In this document: in pieces, positions 12,229 through 22,838 of the stretch
Numbering within the stretch: the first letter of the stretch is position 1
Layout of the letters: each line of letters begins with the position of its first letter
From: Haplodiscus bocki
Lineage: Eukaryota
Assembly (NCBI GenBank): GCA_965655095.1
Contig: OZ296648.1
Coordinates: 146,816,001 to 146,880,000 of the forward strand
DNA length: 64,000 bases
Direction: 5' to 3'
Made by a program: the position numbers and the translations under genes
The notes under the pieces: generated by a model
The model's input: the letters and a program-made list of their open reading frames with translations, nothing else
Told to the model about the DNA's origin: nothing
The model's database searches: none

Positions 12229-12738
12229 TCAATGTAGTTCAAACTTTTTGATTGAAAATACGCAAGAATTGTTGTTTCCAAATCGGAACGATAAACGAAT
12301 TTGCCTTTTTAGATGTTCAATGATATCGTTATAGTAATGAGCAAAGGGATTGTCCTTTGACTTTGTAGATCCAATCGCAATTTTTGGCATCGGTAGGGGA
12401 ATCTGTATACACTTGCTAGCGTGATCAAAAGTTTTGCGAAAATCGCGCAGACTACCGACCAAAGAAGTGAGTTTTCTTTTGGAGATGTTCACTTCTTCTT
12501 GGAGGATATAACGTTGCTGTGACTTTAAACTGCAAAACTGGAACAACTTGATTGCAAATGATCTACTGTTGGAGCCTCTGCTAACTCGCAGTATTCGATG
12601 CTGGGACTGAGAAATGTCAAAAATTTTGTGGTAAAAATAACGATCTACGTCTGTTTTGTCCAAAAACTCCTCTGGTGTTTCTCCGTAAACTGAATAAAAC
12701 TTGCACAAACTGTGAATTTGCTTTTGGACAGACATCAA
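12229..12738 (-). CDS. Polinton accessory hypothetical protein (169-aa fragment)
   Basis: Long open frame with protein-like composition; probably extends across a frameshift at its 3' end. Confidence 0.5.
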   Translation of the reverse strand: MMSVQKQIHSLCKFYSVYGETPEEFLDKTDVDRYFYHKIFDISQSQHRILRVSRGSNSRSFAIKLFQFCSLKSQQRYILQEEVNISKRKLTSLVGSLRDFRKTFDHASKCIQIPLPMPKIAIGSTKSKDNPFAHYYNDIIEHLKRQIRLSFRFGNNNSCVFSIKKFELH

Positions 12739-13546
12739 CTTCCTTTAGTCAGTAAATTTTGCAAAATGAATTCATCGGTGGTGTAGCGGTAAAAACAATG
12801 CTGATTTCGAGTTTCAATGATAGTAATAAATCTAACCAATCAGATTCAAATATTTCTCTTTGGATAATTAGATATGAAGCCGTGGTTCAGTGGTCAAGAG
12901 CTTTGATTGGTTCACTGCAAGGACTTACATTGATATTTCTTCGAATCGGAAGTTTTTAACCTCTACACTAAAGAAGCTGTGCAAAAATCGGTGTTTGTTC
13001 CATTTATGGGCGTCTTTTTGATTGACAGTTGAGACCTAAATAAACAAGACAAACAAATTAAATTTCTCAGACAAGCTGTTTTTGTAGCAGGGGAATTTTT
13101 TCAACTTCAGAAATTTAATCAGACAAACCTTCACGCTATCGAGGGACTTTGTTCCACTTGAGTAGTTTGCTCAGACACGCTGTCTGGATTTGTTAATCCA
13201 GTTGAATAATTTTCTCAGACGACGTGTAACCATTTTAGGGGAACTTGTTCCACATGAAATTTTTTCACAGACAAGCGGTCTAAACATTTAATTAAAATTT
13301 TATTCATATAGAGTTGGTTTTCAAGATAAAAGAGAAGGATTGACAGCTCTTGTGGTAATTCCTTTTATGGTTAGTCCTACTTTTTATGTTTGCTCTTTCT
13401 TTTATGGAAAATTCCGTAAATGGGAGAATTTATCTAAAAATACTCTCTACAAATTTTTCACCATTATTTCATTTGCATTGCTACACACAAGTTGCTTCAA
13501 TTTTTTTGTTCTTTTCAGGTTCTTCTGCTTAACACCTTTTACTCAA

Positions 13547-16500
13547 ATGCTTTCTTTATATTGATACGAGAAAGTTATATGTGAGAATTGTGGTACACAA
13601 ACTACAAAGCTTGATCTTCGCCGTCACAAGATCAGTTGTTCTGCTGGTACATCATATTGTACCCAATGTCCCAATTTCTCCACAAAATCCCAAAATGATC
13701 TGAATTACCATGTTGCTAAGAAGCACAGCGCCCCAAAACCTGATGTCACCTACAAGTGTGAACCTTTTTATCAAAATTTTCCAGGATTTCACGCTTTACG
13801 TCAACATAGAAACACTCAACAGGGAATGCAAATCGGATCAAGAACGAGAGACGTGGATGTGGAGCATATAATGGGAGATGTCGAGGATCACAGGTTGAGA
13901 GAAGAGTTGCGTTCTTGTCAACATATTTTGGTGGATTCCGAACCTGAATGAGCGAGACACAGAGTGTTCAATTATGCTATAGAGAACCTCAACGCAGAAA
14001 TTGTCGACGAAAAACTTGATCGTTTCTTCAACAACTTGAAGTTTGCAGCGGAAGTGAATCTAGCTTTTGAATTGATTTTGAGAAGTTCAGAAGATGGAGG
14101 GCTCAGATATTTTTACTCACACACAAAAATACCCTGTTGGATCGATCCGAAACTGTGTGCACCAGGGACGACTTGGAAAAGCTAAAAGACGTTCTCAACA
14201 AAACTGACGTCATAGAGTCTTGTAGCCGAGAAAGAATGAACACAAAGTGGAGGTTCTACAATTTGACAAACCTAACTGTTTTTCCTGCTTTACTCAAAGA
14301 TGTACCTACGGGGTGCAAGGACGTAGTCTTACCAGAAACTCTTTTGAGAAATGGTACAATCAACTGTCTCACGTTTGAAGAAAAAAAAAGACAACCATAT
14401 AACGACAACCTGTGTCTTTTTCGTGCTCTTGCTCTCCATTTGCATGGAAATCAACGACTGGAAGAAGAAACATCTAAATTTTTCTATTCATTCATAAATA
14501 AAATGGATGGACTCAGTCCCAATCAGTTCAAAGGAGTCCACATGAACTATATTCCAATTGTTGAGGGTCTACTAACACTCATTATTCTGCTTTACGACAT
14601 AGATATTGTAGATGGAAACATTATCGGAGAACTTGCTGGACGAATTGAGGAAAAATACGACAATACTGTCAGACTCTTGAGATACAACAATCATAAACGT
14701 TATGTGAGCAACATTAATGCAGTGTTGAGATCTTTTCGTTGCCCTAATTGTGACACATTTTTCAGCAGAACATTCAACTTGGAGCGACTTTTAACCACTT
14801 GCAGTGAACGAGTAAAAAATATCTATCCGAAGAACGTATGTCAAATCCGTGAAACTTTCTTTGACAAGCTGGACTTTTTCGGTATCAAGTACACAAGTCA
14901 GACTTTTCGAAAACTTGGCGATATTCAATTTTGAATCAATCTGTATCGAAGAAGAGTACTTCAGAGATACAAAGCTAACAACGTGGTTAGGAAAGCATGT
15001 TTCCATCTCCGTTTCCATTTCCTCCAATCTTCTGGAAATACCAGATTTTGTCTACAACTCTGATCCTCATCACTTCGTTTTATCGTTTATTGCAACACTG
15101 GAAGGTGTGGCGTCGCGAAGTGAAGCACGATTGAAACTTTCATTCCTTGATATCGAGACAACAATTAAAATTAAGCTGGGCAGCATCTTTGAGAAACTTA
15201 CCCAACGTCCTTATTGACGAGAGCACGCGAGGTTTGACATGAGTTAAGATGATTGTGATAACGAAACTTGTGACTCAACTCAATTCCTACAGATACACAA
15301 AAATCAATTATTTGATCTTCAAGAATCTCTGGAACGTTATTGCAATGTTTTACCTGTGTTTGGTTTCAACAGTGCAAAACACGACCTCAATTTAATCAAA
15401 TCATATTTGCTACCCATTCTTGTTAAGGAACGAGAAATTGAACCCACTGTCATCAAGAAAGCGAACCAGTTCATCTCGTTCAAACTTGGTGATATTCAGC
15501 TATTGCATATAATGAACATTCTTGGCGGAACAACCAGTCTTGATTCATTCTTGAAAGCAAACAAAACTTCAGAAACAAAAAAGTTCATCCTCCACTAATG
15601 GTTTGATCACCCTGACAAAATGAAGAATGAAGAATTCCCCCCGTATGAGGCCTCTTGCAATGAACTTCGCACCTGTAATCCTCTCAAAACAGAATACAAT
15701 GACTATGTTGACCTATTAAACTGGATTGAGAACAGAACAAGCCGTTATCAAACTCGAACTATCAAAGCCACTACCTACTGGGTCGGAGAAATTTCAATAC
15801 CTGCAACAAATATGGAAGCAGGACAAAATGAGTTCAATCCAAGACTTTTCGCGCTGGTATATCAATGAAGATGTTGTACCAACTTTGGAAGCAATGCAAA
15901 AGACGATTGCCTTCTACCACGACAAACATATCGATATGTTAAAACTTGGTTGTACTTTACCAAAACGGGCCAACAATTGTCCACACAAATACACTGATGG
16001 AAAATTCTTGCCATTCAAGGGTGGATATAACGACTTTTTGCAAAAAAATTGGGAAAGACGTTGTTGGTGGTCCATCTATTGTACTGACATGAAAAGCAGT
16101 TGTTGATGAAACTTTTATTTGAAAATCAACAAACTTACGCAAATCTATTGACGCCAGTCAACTATACCACTACTCGATGTGTCAACTCATACCGACGGGT
16201 CCTTTTACGCGTTGGGATCTCGGTTCAGAGACGGGTAGTTTCACGTCTCGACAAAACAAGACCCGTAGCTTCGAGAATATCGTCAAGTCCCCATTTTTAA
16301 CGAACAACACCGGAATCAAAAATTGAAAGCTTCCACACTACAAGCAGACAGAAAAAAATTTTACCGTTTCAAGGTTGATGGATTTTATTCTCATTGCAAC
16401 ATGTTCGAAGCATTAGGCCACATTTATCACTTTGCCTGTGTCAAGAAGTACGTCCATCTCTCTGTGAAGAAGATATCAAATATGAAACGCGGTAGCAAAG

Positions 16501-17410
16501 AAAAAGAGCTCGATGAGTTGAGACGAAGTTACATACAACAAAAAGGCTCCACAGTCATTTAATTGTGGCAGTGTGAGTGATGGACACTGTACAACACAAC
16601 TAAAAATGTTAGAAAAACATGTCCGAGAAAATTTCCATTAAAGACGTTCACTTGCAGCTGAGCAACTCCTAGAAGAAATAAAGAACGAAAAATTGTTTGG
16701 CTACCTTCAATGCGACACTGAAGTACCCCAAAAAAACAGAGAGCCACAATGCATTACACGAAGTTGAACTCCTCAAAGCACAGATTGAACACAAAGAACC
16801 AATCCCTATCGGGTTATTCTTCAAAATGTAAAACTCTGAATGCTGGTATTGCACAACTTTTTCATCAAAGTCTGTGACGTAAACAACTTCGAAAAGTTGG
16901 AAAGGACACCGATTCCTTGTATCTTCTTCTGGCCGAAAAGGTGGTGGAGGACTGTATAAGACCTGAAATGAGAGCAGAGTGGGAGCAACTGTGGTCACCA
17001 GATTGTACCGATAGTTTTAGTGCTGATGCAGTCGGAAATTTTTTCTCCGAATGTTCTGTGAAAAGCACAAAGAAACATCACAAGCAAGAGCCTGGTCTTT
17101 CCAAACATGAAATCAGGTGTTCCGAAAATCCTGTATCTTTGTTATAACACTTACTGCGGCTACGATACTACCTCTAACCAGATGATACAGCAGTGGACTC
17201 AATAAGCGAATACTGGAGCAGAATGGCGATGGCCCTCTGGAAAAGTATCGCAAAGCTCATGATGAGGTGTGAATATTACATCTACAGAGGTTTCCGAACA
17301 AAAGATCACACCGCTACAACTTATGAACAAACCTAAAGAGGTCCATCGTACTTCTATCCTGACAGAAAAGAAGAGGACGAGCGAATTCACACACATCCAC
17401 TGAACTTGTA
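13547..17410 (+). pseudogene. Protein-primed family B DNA polymerase (pPolB), copy 1, with N-terminal C2H2 fingers and OTU-like domain
   Basis: CENCG..RRH, CTQC..NYHVAKKH; DNLCLFRAL; LPVFGFNSAKHDL (Exo II); YINEDVVPTLEA (Exo III); DASQL (motif A); DTDSLY (motif C). Many stops and frameshifts, and motif B is deleted. Confidence 0.92.
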
Positions 17411-17599
17411 ACACTAACTTTCCATCAATAGTTTTTATGGTGAATCTGCTTTTATATTACATTTTATTTAAAGTTTTCCGTACAATCAATTGTTTTTGCT
17501 GGGATACAATTAGACTCAAAATTGCAATATAAATGTGCTGGTTATACAGTGTGTTTGCTTTTGTTTATACAATCTATATAACTTCTTCAAATTTCAACT

Positions 17600-18394
17600 T
17601 CTTCAAATCGTTTTACCTAGCATTAAGTGATATTAGTATCCGCACGCGTGACAAAAGGTGATTGATAGCTCGTGTGGTACTTCCTTTTATGGTTAGTAAT
17701 CCCTTTTATGGCTGGTCTTTCAATATATGGTATATTGTAAAGGGTAACACTTCCTACCTATTTTTCTCCATTTTTTCTATGGAATTGCTTCAGTGAAGTC
17801 GCTACAATACATAAGATTATTTCAAATTTTTCTGTTAAAATATAATACCCTACCTTAAAACATGACCGCACTACACCCTATCTAAATACATTACCGAACT
17901 ATACCCTATCTTAATACATTACCGAACAATATCCTATCTTGATACAGTGGCGAGCTATATTTTCACATAGCATTAGGTCACAGCAGTATGCGCAGGCGCA
18001 AAATTTAGCCGCAGGCATCATAAGTAGACCGCGCCTAAATATTTATCCGCGGGGGACCGTGGAAAAAATCTGAGAAGTCTTTCTCGAAAAAGTCTCATAG
18101 CGCCGAAAATGAGTCATACAGTTCACTTCCTATCTTTATACATTGCAAAAACCCTGTAGCCTATACTTATAGATTGTCGATTATCATTCCCTACCTTAAT
18201 ACAAAGCGAACACATTCGGCTTTTGCCCAAAACCTGCAAATTGTCGGCAGCCGTTCAGAATCGAGTACTACATCACCCAAAAACACTGGAGAGCTCTCGG
18301 CTAGGGTTGAAGACCCTTCTGGGCTCTCGGCTTGCTATAGCCTATTTCAAATCAAAGGGTTCCCCCCTTCTGATCAGCTCACTCTTCTGCTACT
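17600..18394 (+). repeat. Internal, diverged right-end TIR of a second Polinton copy
   Basis: CATTAAGTGATATTAGTATCCGCACGCGT, several CCCTATCTTAATACATTACCGAAC units, GAGAGCTCTCGGCT and terminus CTCACTCTTCTGCTACT, in the same order as the true right TIR. Confidence 0.85.
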
Positions 18395-18528
18395 AATGTG
18401 TTTCCAAACGTGTACTGCAAACCACCATGTACCCGTCTCATCTGATTTCATGGCAAAGTCAATGGAAGGGTCTCAATTTGCGTACTTAGTGTAAATTCTA
18501 TTGGTCTTTGTTGTTTAGTCTTAGTTTG

Positions 18529-21500
18529 CTAAACTTTTCAATTCATTCATAAATAAAATGGATGGACTCAGTCCCAATCAGTTCAAAGGAGTCCACATGA
18601 ACTATATTCCAATTGTTGAGGATCTACTAACACTCATTATTCTGCTTTACGACATAGATATTGTAGATGGAAACATTATCGGAGAACTTGCTGGACGAAT
18701 TGAGGAAAAATACGACAATACTGTCAGACTCTTGAGATACAACAATCATAAACGTTATGTGAGCAACATTAATGCAGTGTTGAGATCTTTTCTTTGCCCT
18801 AATTGTGACACATTTTTCAGCAGAACATTCAACTTGAAGCGACTTTTAACCACTTGCAGTGAACGAGTAAAAAATATCTATCCGAAGAACGTATGTCAAA
18901 TCCGTGAAACTTTCTTTGACAAGCTGGACTTTTTCGGTATCAAGTACACAAGTCAAACTTTTCGAAAACTTGGCGATATTCAATTTTGAATCAATCTGTA
19001 TCGAAGAAGAGTACTTCAGAGATACAAAGCTAACAACGTGGTTAGGAAAGCATGTTTCCATCTCCGTTTCCATTTCCTCCAATCTTCTGGAAATACCAGA
19101 TTTTGTCTACAACTCTGATCCTCATCACTTCGTTTTATCGTTTATTGCAACACTGGAAGGTGTGGCGTCGCGAAGTGAAGCACGATTGAAACTTTCATTC
19201 CTTGATATCGAGACAACAATTAAAATTAAGCTGGGCAGCATCTTTGAGAAACTTACCCAACGTCCTTATTGACGAGAGGACGCGAGGTTTGACATGAGTT
19301 AAGATGATTGTGATAACGAAACTTGTGACTCAACTCAATTCCTACAGATACACAAAAATCAATTATTTGATCTTCAAGAATCTCTGGAACGTTATTGCAA
19401 TGTTTTACCTGTGTTTGGTTTCAACAGTGCAAAACACGATCTCAACTTAATTAAATCATATTTGCTACCCATTCTTGTTAACGAACGCGACATTGAACCT
19501 ACTGTCATCAGAAAAACGAACCAGTTCATCTCGTTCAAACTTGGTGATTTTCAGCTATTGGATATAATGAACCTTCTTGGTGGAACAAGAAGCCTTGATT
19601 CTTTCTTGAAGGCAGACAAGACTTCAGAAACGAACGGATTTTTCCCCTACTAATGTTTTGATCAGCCTGACAAAATTCAGAATACAGAACGTCCCCCTAT
19701 GACGCCTTTTACAGTAAATTTCGTAGCTGTAACCCTCTTGAAGCCGAATACACGGACTAAGTTAATCTATTCAAAAATGGGTTGACTATAGAAGTTCGAG
19801 AAGGTGTTGTTGCTGATCCATCAATCGTTTCTACACGCAAAGCAGTTGTTGATGAAACTTTCATTCGAGAGTCTGCAAACATATGCAAATCTTTTGTTGG
19901 GATTGATACCAGCCAACTATATCCCTACACGATGTGCCAACCTATGCCTACCGGTCTTTATACGCGTTGGAATTTCGATTCAGAAACGAGTAGATTCTTA
20001 CCTCGACAAAACAAGACCCGCAGCTTTGAAAATATGGCCATGTCCTATTTCCAACGAACAAGACCAGAATGTGAAATTGAAATCTTCTTTACAACAGGCA
20101 GACAGAAGAAAATTGCCTGCTTCAGCGTTGATGGCTTTTGTTCTCATTGCAACACTGTGTTTGAAGCCATGGGTTGCTTTTACCACTTCTGTCCCTGTCA
20201 AAAACAGCGTCCCTCTCTCACTGAAGAAGATATTCAACGTGGTAGCAATAAGAGAGAACTCGATGCATTGAGACGACACAATATACAAGAGAAAGGCTTC
20301 AAGGTTATTGAAATGTGGGAGTGCGAAAGGTGGACTGTATAAAGTTAAACAACATATCTGAGAACATTTTCCTTACAGGCGTTTACTTGCAGCTGAACAA
20401 CTTTTAGAAGAGATTAAGGAAGGAAAGTTTTTTGGCAACGTACAGTGCGATATTCAAGTACCTGAAAATTTGAGAACAAAAATTAATAATTTTTCTCCAA
20501 TATTTAAGGACACCTGAGTTAGAGACAGTGATATCGCAGACTTCATGAAAAACTATGCCGAAGAAGAAAGATTATTGTCTTAACCTCGAAAAAAGTTGAT
20601 ATCCAGCTACACATCACAAAGTGGAACACTTAATATTCCCCTGCTGTTATTATATCTACAATTGCGTCTTTTTTGCACAGAACACACCGTTTTGTTGAGT
20701 ACACTCCAAAGAAATGCTTCAACAGTTTTGTGCAGTCAGCAGTGGACGCAAGAAGGCAAGGTGACGAAAATCCAAACTCAAGTGTCGTCACAGAAACAAT
20801 TAAGCTTCTAGCCAACAGCTCCTACGGTTACCATATCATAGATTGGAGCCAACACACTGTAACGAAGTACCTCACGGACGAAAGAACACATGCATCCATT
20901 AATAGTAAACTGTTCAAAAAGCTACATCATGTGAACAATTCATTGTATGAAGTTGAACTCGCCAAAGCACAGATTGAACACAAAGAGCCAATCATTGTCG
21001 GGTTCTTCATTCTTCAAGACGCAAAATTGCGAATGTTGGAGCTGTACTACAATTTCTTCACCAGATTCTGTGATGTAAACAAGTTCCACGAGTTTGAAAT
21101 GGTCACAGATTTGCTGTATCTTGCTTTTGCCAAGAAAGAACTGGAAGATTGTATAAGACCTGAAAAGAGAGCGGAATCGTAGAGGGTGCAATCGAATGAC
21201 TGTGTCGATAGTTTCACTGCTGATTCTGTAGCAAATTTCTTCCCCAGAACGTTTTGTGTAAAACAAAAGCAACATGATAAGAGAGAGTCTAGCCCTATTT
21301 AAAGAAGAATTCATATGTACGGAGATGATATGTCTATGTAATAAGACATACTGCTGCTATGACGTCACCTCTAATGAACGTAAATTTAGCAGTAAAGGCC
21401 TTAACAAACGCGTACTGGAAAAGAGCTGCGACGGACCACTGGAAAAATATCGGAGAGTCTTGAACAAAAACGTAAAGGTCACTTCCAACAATGGAAGATT

Positions 21501-21645
21501 CCGAACAAACAATCAATCTGTTGCTACCTATCAACAAGTGAAGAAAGGTATGTCCTACATTTACCCAAAACGAAAAGTCGAGAGAGATGGAGTTCACATT
21601 CAATCGAATATTTTGTATGATGTTCAATCTTCTTTCATTTTATAA
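18529..21645 (+). pseudogene. pPolB copy 2 (5'-truncated)
   Basis: First ~910 bp nearly identical to 14474-15385. Then GIDTSQLYP (motif A), Vsr-like VDGFCSHCNTVFEAMGCFYH, KLLANSSYG (motif B), MVTDLLY (degenerate motif C) and KFSSKGL. The Exo III segment is deleted. Confidence 0.92.
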
Positions 21646-21685
21646 TGTTGTGTGTTTTTACAACTTTATACACTCTGATTAACTC

Positions 21686-22832
21686 ATTAAAGCATTAATA
21701 CAATCTTTTTACATAGCATTAAGTCATATCAGTATCCGCACGCGTAATGAAACTTCCGCAAGCGTACTAATCTATCCGCACGCGTAATAAAATATGCAGA
21801 CCCACAAAAAGTCTCCAAATAAGGAATGATTAGACCCGTTGTAAACCCCAAATTTGCCATGGAGCCCCCCCCGGTGTGATCACCCCCATCCCCTATACTA
21901 CTTAGGGGCACTGCCTATGTTAACACAATGTTGAACTATACCCTATCTTAAAACATTGTCGAACTATACCCTATCTTAATACATTGACCCGAGCTATACC
22001 CTATCTTAATAGATTAAGCCGAACTAAACCCTATCTTAATACATTGACCAAAACTATACCCTATCTTAATAGATTGCCGAACTCTACCCTATCTTAATAC
22101 ATTGCCGAACTATACCCTATCTTAATACATTGCCGAACTATACCCTATCTCAATACATTGAACCGAACTATACTCTATCTCAATACATTGAGCCGAACTA
22201 TACCCCATCTTAATACGTTGCCGAACTATACCCTATCTTAATACATTGAACCGAACTATACCCTATCTTAATACATTGAATCGAACTATACCCTATCTCA
22301 ATAGATTGAACCAAACTATACCCTATCTTAATACATTGAACCGAACTATACCCTATCCTAATACATTGAGACGAACTATACCCTATCTTAAAACATTGCT
22401 GAACTATACCCTATCTTAATACATTGCCGAACTATACCCTATCTCAATACATTGAACCGAAATATACCCTATCTTAATACATTACCGAACTATACCCTAT
22501 CTTAATACATTGAACCGAACTATACCCTATCTTAATACATTGAATCGAGCTATACCCTATCTCAATAGATTGAACCAAACTATACCCTATCTTGATACAT
22601 TGAGTCGAACTATACCCTATTTTAATACATTACCGTCGGCAGCCAATCAAATTCGAGTATTTCGTCACCCGAGTCGTCAGCCAATCAGAATCCAGTATTA
22701 CGTCACCCGAGAGCTCTCGGCTCGCTATAGCTCATCTTAATACATAGGGTATTACGTCACCCGAGAGCTCTCGGCTGGCAATAGCTCATCTTAATACCCC
22801 CCCCCACCGGCTCTGCTCACTCTTCTACTACT
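21686..22832 (-). repeat. Right terminal inverted repeat (~1.15 kb)
   Basis: Inverted copy of 1605-2285 with a longer tandem array and an internal ~54-bp duplication at 22696-22797. Confidence 0.92.
21913..22634 (-). repeat. Tandem array in right TIR, ~24.5 units of 28/30 bp
   Basis: Counted 24 full GAACTATACCCTATCTTAATACATTG[NN]CC units plus one partial. Confidence 0.95.
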
Positions 22833-22838
22833 CTCCAG
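22833..22838 (+). repeat. Right 6-bp target-site duplication CTCCAG
   Basis: Immediately follows ...CTTCTACTACT; identical to 1599-1604. Confidence 0.93.

Larger units (their letters stand above)
1605..22832. mobile_element. Polinton/Maverick (adintovirus-like) endogenous element, both ends present, ORFs disrupted
   Basis: Starts AGCAGTAGAAGAGTGAGCAGAGCCGG and ends CCGGCTCTGCTCACTCTTCTACTACT (inverted; AG...CT termini). Flanked by the identical hexamer CTCCAG at 1599-1604 and 22833-22838. Contains pPolB, integrase, ATPase, protease and major/minor capsid relics. Confidence 0.97.

Noticed and set aside
21913-22634. CRISPR-like array of ~29-bp repeats (also 1749-2056)
   Set aside because: Units are contiguous with only 0-2 variable nt, with no unique spacers and no cas genes; they are part of the Polinton TIRs.
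22510-22740. Repeat-peptide ORFs (NRTIPYLNTL)n, also 1655-1840, and TIR ORFs 2059-2241 / 21729-21911
   Set aside because: By-products of 30-bp units and TIR sequence; 28-bp units break the frame and most lack ATG starts.
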